From Nitrospinales bacterium (GTDB taxonomy: Bacteria; Nitrospinota; Nitrospinia; Nitrospinales; VA-1), in contig OZ252246.1 of the NCBI GenBank assembly GCA_965249625.1, forward strand, positions 1,095,457 through 1,159,456: DNA of 64,000 nucleotides, in the 5' to 3' direction. The notes below the pieces were generated by a model. The model did no database searches and was not told the origin of the DNA. It saw nothing but the letters and a program-made list of their open reading frames with translations. This document shows, one piece after another, positions 1 through 10,114 of this stretch; positions within the stretch are counted from its first letter, which is position 1, and each line of letters opens with the position of its first letter. The position numbers were made by a program, and so were the translations under genes.

Positions 1-41
1 TTTCTGCATACATTGAAGGCCCTGCCTTGATCTCTGGACAT
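1..41 (-). CDS. Possible 5' end of a gene running off the window (MSRDQGRAFNVCR...)
   Basis: GGAG then ATG on the minus strand; only 13 codons visible. Confidence 0.3.
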   Translation of the reverse strand, partial: MSRDQGRAFNVCR

Positions 42-303
42 GATACTCCCTGAAAAAATAATGATGAGTTTTTGGGGCTAAAAAATGTAAAAAAGGTTCA
101 AGTTAGCAGTTATGAACCGACTTTTCAACCGTCACATGCGTTGCCAATCATTGTACAGGAATCTTTGTCATGTAAACATTCGTTCGGAATACTGGGTTGC
201 ACCAGACGTTCCATGTGTTACTAGCTTGTAACTTATTCAATTATTTGGTACTATTCAGATCATTCCAGACCTTTAAAATTTCTCGGATTTTTTTCGTAAG
301 CTT

Positions 304-2304
304 ATGGACTCCTATTTTGAAAAAGGAATCAGGCTCAAAGGCACTTTATGGGTGAAGGGTGCGGTTCATTTCGATGGAGATTTTGAGGGAGAAATATACT
401 CCTCCAGCCATTTTGTTGTGGGGAAGTCGGGCAAAATCTTAGGCAATATTAAAACCCAGAATGTAACCAATATGGGTTTTATTCAAGGAAACCTGTTTGC
501 GGAAAACAAGGTTGCTCTGATGAACGACAGCCGGTTAGCAGGGGATATCTCTGCCTACCGTTTGGTCATTGATGAAGGTTCCAACTTCGAGGGCCGTTGC
601 AAGATGATCGGTGAGACTCCCAAAACGGTCAAGGAGGAAATGGAAACGCTGGAACGGCCTGTTCCAAAAACGGCGAAAGCTTCCAAGGCTTCTAATGATC
701 CGAAGGCATCTGACAGCAAGTCGTTTTTCCCGTTGAAAAAGGTCGCCGGAGTAGCAGCTGTGGTTCTGGTCATTGCCGGGGTGACCTGGCTTTACCCGAG
801 AGGGGATAATGAACTGGAGCCTCTGGTTGAAAAAGGCTACGGGCTTGTCGCTGAAAAACGTTATACCGACGCGGAAGCCATCTTTAAAAAAGCCCTGACC
901 ATTTCACGAGTCGAGTCCAAAGTGTATGCCGGACTCGGAGATATTTATTTTGAGGGCAAACGTTACAACGATGCGCTGGCCCAGTTCCAGAGGGCCATTG
1001 ATTTAAACCCCGCCAATGAGGAATACCGTATCAAGCAGGCAAAAACTTATTTCTCCAAGGGACAATTGAAGGAAGCGGTGGAGTCCTATAAACAGGCGGT
1101 GGAAATTGATCCCGAGAGTGGAGCCACTTTCTACAACCTGGGCCTTTTATATCTGGAACAGAAGGAGCTGGAAAAAGCCCGTGAAGCTCTCAATATGAGT
1201 GTGGAGTTGGACGCAGATTCCTTTGAACCTCATGAAGCATTGAGTCTGCTTTATTCTCAGGAAAAAGCATATGACAAAGCCGTCGCAGAGATTGCCAAGG
1301 CGGTAAAGCTTAAGAATGATAAACCCAGCTTGCACTTAACTTTAGGGAAACTTCTTCTTCAAAGTGGTAAGGAAAATGAGGCCGTGGAGGCTTTCAAAAA
1401 AGCGGCAGACTTGTTCCCGCAAAACTTCCCTGTGCAAATTCGTATTGCCGATTGGTATTACACCAAGGGGATGCTTGAAGAGTCTTTTGAAACCTACAAG
1501 GTGGCAGAAACTCTTGACTCCGGGAACCCCTTGGTTCAGGCCCGGCTGGGGAAAATTTACGCAGACAGACACCAAAACAAAAAAGCCCAGGAAGCGCTGG
1601 AAAAGGCTATCAAGCTTAACCCGAAGGACGCCCAAAGCTATTATCAATTAGGAAAACTGGTTTCCAGTGAAGAAAAATGGGGCCGCGCGCAATCTTTATT
1701 GTCCAATGCCATTGCCCTGAATGCCAGGCACGCTCCTTCCTATCATGATCTCGGAATTGTATTGTTGGGCAGAGAGCAGGTGGATCTGGCTATAGACGAA
1801 TTCAAAAAAGCTTTGGATCTGGAGCCCGAAAACTCAGATTTTATTATGGGGCTGGTTCTGGCACTGGTTGAGAAAAGGGAACTGGATAATGCGTTGGAGT
1901 TACTTCTTCCCGTTTCCAGAAACGAGGTGAATAATCCTAAAATCTTTTTTGCGATCTGCAATGTTTATACGAAGAAAGGTTATTTTACGGTTGCCACCGG
2001 GCATTGTGAAAAATCTTTTGAATTGAACAACAGCAATTATGAAACCATGAACCGCTTGGCCTGGTTGTACGCAAAAAAAAGCGTCAAGCTTAATAAGGCT
2101 TTTTCACTTTCAAGTCAGACTCTGAAAGCTTTTCCCAATAAGCCCGAATTCATCGACACACTTTCAGAAATTCTTTATGTTCAGGGAAAGCCTGAAAAGG
2201 CTGTGGAAAAAATTCAAGAAGCCATTAAACTGGTGCCCAACGATTCTTATTACAAGCAACAATTATGGAAGTTTAAGAATGTAAGGCTGAACCCCCCTGC
2301 CTGA
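304..2304 (+). CDS. Bactofilin domain / single TM / TPR-array fusion protein
   Basis: N-terminal bactofilin-like beta-helix (FDGDFEGEI...IDEGSNFEGRCKM), TM near aa 148-164, then many TPR repeats. Confidence 0.85.
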   Translation: MDSYFEKGIRLKGTLWVKGAVHFDGDFEGEIYSSSHFVVGKSGKILGNIKTQNVTNMGFIQGNLFAENKVALMNDSRLAGDISAYRLVIDEGSNFEGRCKMIGETPKTVKEEMETLERPVPKTAKASKASNDPKASDSKSFFPLKKVAGVAAVVLVIAGVTWLYPRGDNELEPLVEKGYGLVAEKRYTDAEAIFKKALTISRVESKVYAGLGDIYFEGKRYNDALAQFQRAIDLNPANEEYRIKQAKTYFSKGQLKEAVESYKQAVEIDPESGATFYNLGLLYLEQKELEKAREALNMSVELDADSFEPHEALSLLYSQEKAYDKAVAEIAKAVKLKNDKPSLHLTLGKLLLQSGKENEAVEAFKKAADLFPQNFPVQIRIADWYYTKGMLEESFETYKVAETLDSGNPLVQARLGKIYADRHQNKKAQEALEKAIKLNPKDAQSYYQLGKLVSSEEKWGRAQSLLSNAIALNARHAPSYHDLGIVLLGREQVDLAIDEFKKALDLEPENSDFIMGLVLALVEKRELDNALELLLPVSRNEVNNPKIFFAICNVYTKKGYFTVATGHCEKSFELNNSNYETMNRLAWLYAKKSVKLNKAFSLSSQTLKAFPNKPEFIDTLSEILYVQGKPEKAVEKIQEAIKLVPNDSYYKQQLWKFKNVRLNPPA

Positions 2305-2310
2305 TAGAGT

Positions 2311-3252
2311 CTAAAGACTCCCCGTTGCTTTCAGTCCTATATATGCAAAATAAGCCAGGAGCAAGAGGGTGCCCTTTTGTTTTCCTAATGAATGGTTCCC
2401 ATACCCTATCATTGCCAGTAAGAGTCCGGTGATGGCGGTGGTGATGATTAAATCCGGTTGGATGGGTTCCTGAATCTGTAAAGGATGGATGGTAGCGGTG
2501 AGGCCAAGAACCATCAGGATATTGAAGATATTGCTGCCAAAAATATTACCGATTGCCATTTCTCCATAGCCTCGCTTTGCGGCGATCAGGGAGGAAACAA
2601 TTTCGGGGAGGCTGGTTCCTATAGCAACGATGGTGATACCAATGAACCATTCGCTGATCCCCAGATTACGGGCAATGCTTACGCCACCTACGACCAGCAA
2701 TTTGGCACCTCCAACCAAAAGCACTAGTCCTGCGACGATCAGCAATATTTGAAAGGCGGAGCCTTTCCCCGCAAAAAGATGGGCTTCCTCCTCCGGCTCC
2801 TCGGTAAAATCCTCTTTATGTCTGAATGATCTCCATACGTAAACACCTAAAAGACAAACCATAAAAAGCCCTTCATAGCGATTGATTTCCAGATTCCAGG
2901 CGATAACCAGAATAAGAAGGGATGCCAACACAAGTGGAGGGGCTTCCCGCTTGAGACGACCGGGTGCGATCGACATGGAGCTAATGAGAGCGGTTAATCC
3001 GAGAACGAGGCCAATATTAGCGATATTGCTACCGATGACATTGCCCATAGCCAGTTCGGGGGTACCACCCAGGGCGGCGAAAAGGGCAACGGCCAGTTCA
3101 GGTGCGGAGGTTCCAAACGCGATGACGGTGGCACCAATTATGAAGGGACTGATTTTCAGGGAACAGGCAAGGCGAACACTGCCTGTTACCAGAAAGTTGC
3201 CTCCATAATATAAAAATGCCAGCCCGGCAATGATCTGTATGAGGTCAAGCAA
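2311..3252 (-). CDS. Calcium/sodium antiporter, YrbG/CaCA family
   Basis: Paired alpha repeats GTSAPE...GNVIGSN and GTSLPE...GNIFGSN. Confidence 0.92.
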   Translation of the reverse strand: MLDLIQIIAGLAFLYYGGNFLVTGSVRLACSLKISPFIIGATVIAFGTSAPELAVALFAALGGTPELAMGNVIGSNIANIGLVLGLTALISSMSIAPGRLKREAPPLVLASLLILVIAWNLEINRYEGLFMVCLLGVYVWRSFRHKEDFTEEPEEEAHLFAGKGSAFQILLIVAGLVLLVGGAKLLVVGGVSIARNLGISEWFIGITIVAIGTSLPEIVSSLIAAKRGYGEMAIGNIFGSNIFNILMVLGLTATIHPLQIQEPIQPDLIITTAITGLLLAMIGYGNHSLGKQKGTLLLLAYFAYIGLKATGSL

Positions 3253-3331
3253 TTCAAGCCTTAAGTGAAATACGATAATAGCGCGACATCATATCACGGG
3301 AACAAGAGGGGAGGTAACTGGGCAAGGGCTC

Positions 3332-3347
3332 TTTATGCAAAGGTCTC
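3332..3347. repeat. Solo copy of the GAGACCTTTGCATAA terminal repeat
   Basis: TTATGCAAAGGTCTC matches 13742-13756. Confidence 0.6.
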
Positions 3348-3350
3348 CTT

Positions 3351-3442
3351 AGCAGGGGGCTGACTGGGTAAGGACTCCTTGTGTCGAGAAAACGTTTGTT
3401 TGCAAGATAAAGATATTGCACGCTGGCCCTACGCCTGGATAG
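3351..3442. repeat. Dispersed intergenic element, family A
   Basis: Ends ATTGCACGCTGGCCCTACGCCTGG; aligns with copies at 6786, 27271, 33614, 40687. Confidence 0.65.
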
Positions 3443-3443
3443 G

Positions 3444-4460
3444 TTAGCGAAGGAATGTTTTTGGATATCCTGCCCGGGCTAGTTTTTCCTGGGTAAGCCG
3501 AGCTTTTTCGCGGTCGGGGAAAACTCCCAGTTGCACCATATAGGTTTTAACAGGTACATCCGCCTTGTGCGATTCGGATAAAAATCCCTTTATGCTCAGG
3601 CGATCCTGCGCTTTCTGAGCATCTTGAAGGTTTTTGAATTGACCGACTTTAAGACTAAAGGAGTTTTTGCTGTTTTTGTAATAGGAGGCATCGAATCCAT
3701 TGCGGGTCAGTTTTTTTAACGTACCGCCTCCAACCTTTTTGCTGGCAAAGCTTCCAACCGTCACGACATGCCGATTTGATTTTTTCGAGCGCGTCTGAAT
3801 AGAGGGTGAAAAACCCTTGCGCCTAAGTTGCTTTAACAGCGATTCAGCGTTTTTCCTGGCGTCGAATGCGCCGGCCTGAATGTAGAACCTTGAGCTTTCA
3901 CTTTTTGTTACCGAGGGTGTGTTTTTAGATATGGATTTTGGTTTAGTGCTTGTGGGTACTTTATCTACCCGAGTTGTTTTTTTTGTTTGCTGAATCTTTG
4001 CCGGGGACTTGGTGTTTTTAGCCATTGGTGGGGTACTTTTGGTTTTTGGCGGGGTGAGGAATGGATTGGGTCCCACTATAGGCGTTGCCGAAACTGAAGA
4101 TTGCGCAATTGGTATATTGGAGCCGCTTGACCCGTCTTCTACCACAGGAACCTGTCTGGCCAAACTCTCTTCTGCGGTCTCAGGTTTCTTTGCCTGGGTT
4201 TCTTTTGCCTGTTCGACCGGAGCAACAGTGGTTTGATGATTGATCTGGAAATAAACCAGTCCTAACAGCCCGATACCGATCATGGAAATAGAAAACATGC
4301 GCGAATTTTTTGACCTGGTATTTTTTTCCGCTTCCATTTCTGCTTCAATTTCGGCATCTTCAATGAGGTCGTCAATTCGTTTGTTGTATTTACTTATTTC
4401 TTCCGGAGGTTGGTTGTTCTCTTCGAAAGGCAATGTTTCCTGTTCTTTAATTTCCAGCAT
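3444..4460 (-). CDS. SPOR-domain cell division protein
   Basis: TM helix, low-complexity linker, four SPOR half-repeats (IQAGAF, VTVGSF, LKVGQF, VQLGVF). Confidence 0.85.
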   Translation of the reverse strand: MLEIKEQETLPFEENNQPPEEISKYNKRIDDLIEDAEIEAEMEAEKNTRSKNSRMFSISMIGIGLLGLVYFQINHQTTVAPVEQAKETQAKKPETAEESLARQVPVVEDGSSGSNIPIAQSSVSATPIVGPNPFLTPPKTKSTPPMAKNTKSPAKIQQTKKTTRVDKVPTSTKPKSISKNTPSVTKSESSRFYIQAGAFDARKNAESLLKQLRRKGFSPSIQTRSKKSNRHVVTVGSFASKKVGGGTLKKLTRNGFDASYYKNSKNSFSLKVGQFKNLQDAQKAQDRLSIKGFLSESHKADVPVKTYMVQLGVFPDREKARLTQEKLARAGYPKTFLR

Positions 4461-4551
4461 GATCGGGGCCTCTGTTAAATGGTTTTATAAACAAAAATAT
4501 ATTGCTATTTTAATTATTGGGGGACAACTTCAGTTGTGAATGTTAGGATAT

Positions 4552-4579
4552 AAAAAAAACAGGGAGTGCTTAACCCTGT
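4552..4579 (-). terminator. Intrinsic terminator-like hairpin with U tract
   Basis: Minus strand reads ACAGGG-ttaagcact-CCCTGT followed by T7. Confidence 0.45.
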
Positions 4580-4647
4580 CCGCCTTATATATTGAAAAAT
4601 ATATCTGATAAGTCCTTAACTGTCAATAAGATAAGGAGGATCCAACC

Positions 4648-5547
4648 ATGGATCTGTCGGTTGATTTAGGCAGTTTGCGTTTGAATAATCCGGTCATTGC
4701 GGCTTCCGGGACCTTTGGCTATGGTTTGGAGTACCGCTCGCTGGTGAATTTGAATGCTCTGGGTGGGTTTTCCACAAAGGGGCTTTCTTTGAAACCGAAA
4801 ACCGGCAACCCCGTACCGAGGGTGATTGAAACCTCTTCCGGCATGCTCAACGCAATCGGATTGGAGAACATCGGACTGGAGGTTTTCTTATCCGAGAAGC
4901 TCCCGCAACTGGAAAATTTAAACACTCGTATTATCGTTAATTTTTTCGGCGATACCAACCAGGAGTACATAGAGATGGCCCAGGTCTTGTCGGGTGTAGA
5001 ACGGCTGGATGCCCTGGAGATGAATGTTTCCTGTCCCAATGTCGAGAGGGGAGGCTTGCAATTCAGTTCCGACCCGGAAGTTTTGGAAGAAGTGGTCTCA
5101 TCTGTTAGAAAGGTGACGGGAAAGTTTCTTATTGTCAAATTATCTCCCAACGTTACGGATATCACATTGCTGGCCAAGGCCGCAGAAAATGCCGGAGCCG
5201 ATGCTCTGTCGGTGTGCAATACTTTTGTGGGAATGTCGATTGATTTGAAAACCAGAAAGCCCCACTTGGCCAATAGAACGGGTGGGCTTTCGGGACCCGC
5301 CATCAAACCTCTGGCTTTAAATCTGGTGTATCAGACAGTGCGGGCGGTGAAAATTCCTGTTATTGGGATTGGGGGAATAACGAGCGGTGAAGATGCGGTG
5401 GAGTTTTTGCTGGCGGGGGCCAAAGCGGTGCAAATAGGAACCGCCAACTTCATCGACCCAACTTCCACCCTTCAGGTGATTGAAGGAATCCGCCGGTATT
5501 GTTCGTCGAATGGAGTGAAGAATCTTTCCGAATTAGAAATGGGCTGA
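4648..5547 (+). CDS. pyrD: Dihydroorotate dehydrogenase family 1B catalytic subunit
   Basis: NPVIAASGTFG, NVSCPN, KLSPN, GGLSGPAIKP. Confidence 0.96.
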   Translation: MDLSVDLGSLRLNNPVIAASGTFGYGLEYRSLVNLNALGGFSTKGLSLKPKTGNPVPRVIETSSGMLNAIGLENIGLEVFLSEKLPQLENLNTRIIVNFFGDTNQEYIEMAQVLSGVERLDALEMNVSCPNVERGGLQFSSDPEVLEEVVSSVRKVTGKFLIVKLSPNVTDITLLAKAAENAGADALSVCNTFVGMSIDLKTRKPHLANRTGGLSGPAIKPLALNLVYQTVRAVKIPVIGIGGITSGEDAVEFLLAGAKAVQIGTANFIDPTSTLQVIEGIRRYCSSNGVKNLSELEMG

Positions 5548-6693
5548 TTATCCGTTGAGATAAACCCGAGGTACTCGTTTGCCGACATTGCAGAGAATTT
5601 CGTAAGGGATGGTATTTCCCTTGGTCGCAAGCTCCTCCACAGATATCATCTGGTCTTCCTGTTTGCCAAACAGAACGACTTCATCTCCTGCTTGAACATC
5701 CGGAATCCCGGTGACATCGATAACCGTCATATCCATGCAGATATTCCCGATTTGTGGCGCACGTTTGCCTCGGATAAGGACTTCCATTTTGTTCGACAGG
5801 TTGCGGTGGAGTCCGTCTGCATAACCGATGGGCAGAGTGGCGATGAGGCTGTTTTTTTGAGTCGTGAAACTTCCTGAATAGCTGACAGGTTGGCTTTTAG
5901 CAATCGACTTGACCAGAATTATCTGGCTTTTCCATTGCATGACTGGCTGAAACGGAGTCAGTTTTTTTTCCCGGTCGAGGACCGCCTGCAGGGACGGAGA
6001 AGGCAGAGTGCCATAAAGGATGAGCCCCGGGCGGACCATATTGAAACGGCTTTCGGGAGACTTGAACAAGGCGGAAGTGTTGGCGCAATGGAGCAACGGT
6101 GCGGACACACCTCGCTCTTGTGCAATAGCAAGGGCGGTTTGAAATTTTTCAAGCTGTGCCTGGGTGATGGAAAGGTCTTCATTGTCGGCAGAGGAAAAAT
6201 GGGTGGAGATGCCTTCAATTTTCAGATTTGGTAAGCTGCAAATTTGATCCAGAAGTTCGGGCAAATTTTCTGGAGAGACTCCCAGCCGGTTCATTCCGGT
6301 GTCCACCTTGATGTGAACCGATACTGTTTTGTTCTGTTTCCTGGTTTCTTTTGAAAGAGCCTGGGCCAGGGGCAGGGTGCAAAGTATGGTGGCAAGGTCA
6401 TGGCGGACCAAATCTTCCACCTCATCGGGGAAAATGCTACCCAGTATCAGGATAGGGACATTGAGGCCACTTTCCCTGAACTCTATGCCTTCTTCAATCA
6501 CTCCGGCTCCGAGATAGTCTGCGCCGCTGTCAACCGCGACCCGCGCACAAGGTATGGCACCATGACCATAGGCATCGGCTTTGACGACCGCCATGATCCG
6601 GGTTTGAGGGTCTAGATAGTTTCTCAGGTTTTGAAAATTGTGCCGAAAGGCCTGCAGATCAATTTCAGCGCGAGTCGCGCGATGGTGTGCCAT
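5548..6693 (-). CDS. alr: Alanine racemase
   Basis: AVVKADAYGHG, KVDTGMNRLG, GYADG, ICMD. Confidence 0.97.
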   Translation of the reverse strand: MAHHRATRAEIDLQAFRHNFQNLRNYLDPQTRIMAVVKADAYGHGAIPCARVAVDSGADYLGAGVIEEGIEFRESGLNVPILILGSIFPDEVEDLVRHDLATILCTLPLAQALSKETRKQNKTVSVHIKVDTGMNRLGVSPENLPELLDQICSLPNLKIEGISTHFSSADNEDLSITQAQLEKFQTALAIAQERGVSAPLLHCANTSALFKSPESRFNMVRPGLILYGTLPSPSLQAVLDREKKLTPFQPVMQWKSQIILVKSIAKSQPVSYSGSFTTQKNSLIATLPIGYADGLHRNLSNKMEVLIRGKRAPQIGNICMDMTVIDVTGIPDVQAGDEVVLFGKQEDQMISVEELATKGNTIPYEILCNVGKRVPRVYLNG

Positions 6694-6785
6694 GGATAGG
6701 TGTTATCAGAATGCAATACTGGGTTATTATTCGATTAAGGGGTCGGCGAAACATTAATGCGACAGCCAAAGGCGTAGAGCTTGTT

Positions 6786-6905
6786 CCCACCGGGCGTGGC
6801 CCGGCCCCACTCCCGTGGGAGGGAATTAGCATTGTGTTTATTTTGCGGGCAATTATTTTCTCGGCGCAACGAGTTATTGCTAGTTCCCACCGGCCCCGGC
6901 CCGGC
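6786..6905. repeat. Family A element (opposite orientation) plus partial tandem copy
   Basis: GTTCCCACCGG recurs 100 bp apart; body aligns with the reverse complement of 3367-3442. Confidence 0.6.
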
Positions 6906-7387
6906 TACTCTCTTCGTGACCGTCCCGTGTTGGATAATCGACCGCTCTTTTTCACCGCTGGTCCGGAGGTGCGGATAGCCCGGCAACACATGTTTTCCTC
7001 ATCCTTTGCTTTTTTCCTCACCTGATAGGCGCGGTCGCTGTAAAAATTATAGGCCATGGCGTTGGTTCCATGTTCTTCCTGGCACCAGTAAGTGGAGCCG
7101 CAGCCTTCAGGGAATTTATAGTCGAGATGAACAATGTCACCATTGAAATCGGTATTCTTGCATTCATGATCATACAGGTTTCTGCATTCCTGGCTTTTAG
7201 GCAGTCTCCAGTCATCGAAGCCGGCAAATTTTTGTTCGTTGAGCCAGCCTATATAATTGTTGGCACCTTTCCAGGAGCACCACTTGTTGCGCATTTGATA
7301 ACTGTCTTCCTTGGTCCAGGTCAAGTTATACTTGGTGTCGATCAGGGTGCCACTTCCGTTGTCTTTAAATCGCTCTTCTTCTGACAT
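6905..7387 (-). CDS. DUF1566 (Lcl C-terminal-like) domain protein
   Basis: DNGSGTLIDTKYNLTW...FAGFDDWRLP...YW pattern. Confidence 0.8.
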   Translation of the reverse strand: MSEEERFKDNGSGTLIDTKYNLTWTKEDSYQMRNKWCSWKGANNYIGWLNEQKFAGFDDWRLPKSQECRNLYDHECKNTDFNGDIVHLDYKFPEGCGSTYWCQEEHGTNAMAYNFYSDRAYQVRKKAKDEENMCCRAIRTSGPAVKKSGRLSNTGRSRRE

Positions 7388-7585
7388 AAGCCTCTAAAAA
7401 TTAGTTAAAAGTGGGGATATTACTATTTGCCTGCGGAGGCACTCCGCCTATAATATCAGGGTTGTAAAATGTGTAAATAAAAAAGCGGAACGACTTTGCA
7501 GTTAGTGGGTCCTTTCTGGCATCCTTTGTGTAAAGATTCGGTTCTTAATGTGTAACTCAGTTCAATATTTTAATCTAGGAATGTT

Positions 7586-7870
7586 ATGCCAAAAATAGAA
7601 ATTCAGAGCTTTTTTTATGACTTGATTCATTGTAAGAATAAAATTCTCAGCGTTTTTGAAAAATGGGATAAGAAATATGAAGAAGATGAGCGAGGTTCTC
7701 TTGTGGCGGGAATGCGCGAATGCAAGGATGCAGAATTGATAACTTTATTGGTCAATATTCAGAAGCTGGCAACGGGTTATGAACGAATCAAGGCACTGGT
7801 GGATGAGGCCGAGCAGGCTCAGGTGGATGAAGCCTTTGTGGAGGACGATCCTGATGATGAGGATTTTTAA
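7586..7870 (+). CDS. Hypothetical protein with acidic tail
   Basis: 94-aa ORF with AGGA RBS. Confidence 0.7.
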   Translation: MPKIEIQSFFYDLIHCKNKILSVFEKWDKKYEEDERGSLVAGMRECKDAELITLLVNIQKLATGYERIKALVDEAEQAQVDEAFVEDDPDDEDF

Positions 7871-9021
7871 TTGATATTATGCGGGATCCCGGTTTCGGGA
7901 TCAAGAATCATCCTGGTCAGTGAGCGATTGCTGCCCACCCAGAGGGAATGGTCGGAGGCTACTTCAATACTGAATATAAATTTTGATTTTAATCCGTTGA
8001 TCGCTGAAAAGTTTTGAAAGGTTTTTCCGTCAAACCGGCTCAAACCGTCATTGGTGCCGATCCATAGTCCTCCTGACCCGTCTGCTTCCAATGAAAGGAT
8101 GAAGTTTCCCGGCAGTCCATCCTTCGCGGTGAAATTGCGAAATGTTAAGGTATCGGTATCCAGCAGGCTCAAGCCTCCACCCCAGGTTCCGATCCACAAG
8201 CGGTTTTTCTGGTCGAGTAACATGGAAACCACGTAGTTGGGTCGATAGTCGGAGCTTTGCAAATTGGGAATGGAAGGCGAGGCTGAATGATGCTGGCCCT
8301 GAAAGAGCGGCATGGCCCCCTGGTTTTCCTGTCTCACCTTTTCGTGAGGGGCTCCGAGTCCATCCCGATGATTGAGGGCTTTCCATTTACCGTTATGAAG
8401 TGAGGAGATGCCAGATTCGGTGCCGAACCAGACTTTTCCAGACAGTTCAATTTCGATGGCATAGACCCAGTTATCGATCAGACCACCCTCGGTATTTTCT
8501 ACCGTAAAACTTTGCCAGTTCTTTCTTGATGCGGGGTTCCCGGTCACCCGGTTCACGCCGCTCCAAGTTGCGAGCCACAGGGATTTTTTATCGAATTCGA
8601 TATCGTAGACAAAGGCATCGTTCAACCCTTCGGGGGTGTTGTAATGGTTCCATTCTTTTCCATCAAAGTGGCTGAGTCCGCCGCCGTAGGTTCCGATCCA
8701 GGGCCGGTTTTCGGAATCAAAACTAATGGCGAAAATTCCATTGCTGAGTAAATGGTTCTGATTGTCATAGACTTCATAGTTCTCGCTGGTGCCGGTGTCA
8801 TAGCGGATGACCCCCAGCCCGGTTCCCATCCATAGATACCGGCCATGAGAGGCCAGCACTTTAATATTTCTGGTATTGAGGGAGAAGGTTTGTGTTTTCA
8901 GGATATGCGGATAGGGCATCGCTGAAGTTTTTTCGGACACAGGGAAAGCGTTGGTAGTATCTACCGGGATAAAGCTCGCACCTGCGATGAAAATGAATAT
9001 AATGGTTTTTATTTTATTCAT
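7867..9021 (-). CDS. Secreted beta-propeller protein (two-component regulator propeller repeats, no kinase domain)
   Basis: Signal peptide; repeated LWIGTxGGGL and DGL motifs. Confidence 0.82.
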   Translation of the reverse strand: MNKIKTIIFIFIAGASFIPVDTTNAFPVSEKTSAMPYPHILKTQTFSLNTRNIKVLASHGRYLWMGTGLGVIRYDTGTSENYEVYDNQNHLLSNGIFAISFDSENRPWIGTYGGGLSHFDGKEWNHYNTPEGLNDAFVYDIEFDKKSLWLATWSGVNRVTGNPASRKNWQSFTVENTEGGLIDNWVYAIEIELSGKVWFGTESGISSLHNGKWKALNHRDGLGAPHEKVRQENQGAMPLFQGQHHSASPSIPNLQSSDYRPNYVVSMLLDQKNRLWIGTWGGGLSLLDTDTLTFRNFTAKDGLPGNFILSLEADGSGGLWIGTNDGLSRFDGKTFQNFSAINGLKSKFIFSIEVASDHSLWVGSNRSLTRMILDPETGIPHNIN

Positions 9022-9023
9022 GA

Positions 9024-9920
9024 GTGAGAGGTTGCACGGTGAGGTGTTTTCGGTTTGGTTACTATACCCCGGCTGTTTTTATATTGCTTTCATTTTTTCT
9101 TACAGGATGCGGGTCCTGCGACTGTGAAAATAAAGAGAGGCTTTTATCTCCGATAAAAGTTTCCGAGAGGGATCAAAAAGAAATGGTTCTGGTTCCTTCC
9201 GGTGAATTCATTATGGGGACGAATAAGGTTGATACGGAGGGCACACATAAAAAAATTGGCGCGGTTAAACCTCTTTATCTCGATCAGCACCCGGAGAGGA
9301 AACTGTTTCTCGGTCCGTTTTATATGGACCGTTATGAAGTGACCAATGAGGAGTATCAAAGATTTCTAAAAGCCACCCAGTTCACCGATCGGCCTGCCCA
9401 TTGGGTGGACGGAGTTTTTCCTGAAGAGCAGGCTTCACACCCTGTCACCCAAGTCACATGGTGGGAGGGTTGGTCCTATTGCATGTGGGCGCGAAAGCAG
9501 CTTCCAACCGAAGCGCAATGGGAAAAGTCAGCACGGGGTACGAACGGCCTGCCGTATCCCTGGGGGAAGGAGTTTGTTAAAGGCAAGGCGAACTCAGGTA
9601 TTGATGGAGACCGAAAAACAGCACCGGTCACTGCCTGGCCCGAAGATGTTAGCCCTTATAAAATTTATGGCTTGTCCGGCAATGTTATGGAATGGACTCA
9701 GGACTGGTACCTTCCTTACCCAGGAAATCCCAAACCGGACCCCAGGTTTGGCAAAGAACTGAAAGTGTTAAGGGGAAACGGGTTCCAGAAGGCCGGGCAT
9801 TATTTTTTGCCTGCTTACCGCTATGCGTCCGTCCGCACCGAGGCCAGCCCTAATGATTTTTTTGAGAATGTTGGATTCCGGTGCGCGTCGGAAATTATAT
9901 CGGAAAAAGGTGACCACTGA
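9024..9920 (+). CDS. FGE-sulfatase (SUMF1/EgtB/PvdO) domain lipoprotein; start may be slightly downstream
   Basis: LTGC lipobox, GEFIMG, YEVTN, LPTEAQWEKSARG, GNVMEW, GFRC. Confidence 0.88.
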   Translation: MRGCTVRCFRFGYYTPAVFILLSFFLTGCGSCDCENKERLLSPIKVSERDQKEMVLVPSGEFIMGTNKVDTEGTHKKIGAVKPLYLDQHPERKLFLGPFYMDRYEVTNEEYQRFLKATQFTDRPAHWVDGVFPEEQASHPVTQVTWWEGWSYCMWARKQLPTEAQWEKSARGTNGLPYPWGKEFVKGKANSGIDGDRKTAPVTAWPEDVSPYKIYGLSGNVMEWTQDWYLPYPGNPKPDPRFGKELKVLRGNGFQKAGHYFLPAYRYASVRTEASPNDFFENVGFRCASEIISEKGDH

Positions 9921-10019
9921 GAATTTAGGGATCAAATAGGTATCAATGCCCGGAAAGTATCAGCTGGATTAGTAACGAAAAGTGTTTATAGATTTAGCCA
10001 TTTTCGATACTCCAGTGAA

Positions 10020-10114
10020 ATATAACGCCTGCCATAACCAGAAGTTAAAGGCAGAGTGTAGCGGAAAGCTGCGCCGTTTTTAACTGTCCGAGTGCATTTG
10101 CCTAAACGTTAATT
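10020..10114 (-). mobile_element. Degenerate integron attC site at the 3' end of the cassette gene
   Basis: Minus strand AATTAAC...ATGCACTCGGACAG...GCAGGC-GTTATAT, imperfect palindrome overlapping the stop codon. Confidence 0.6.
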
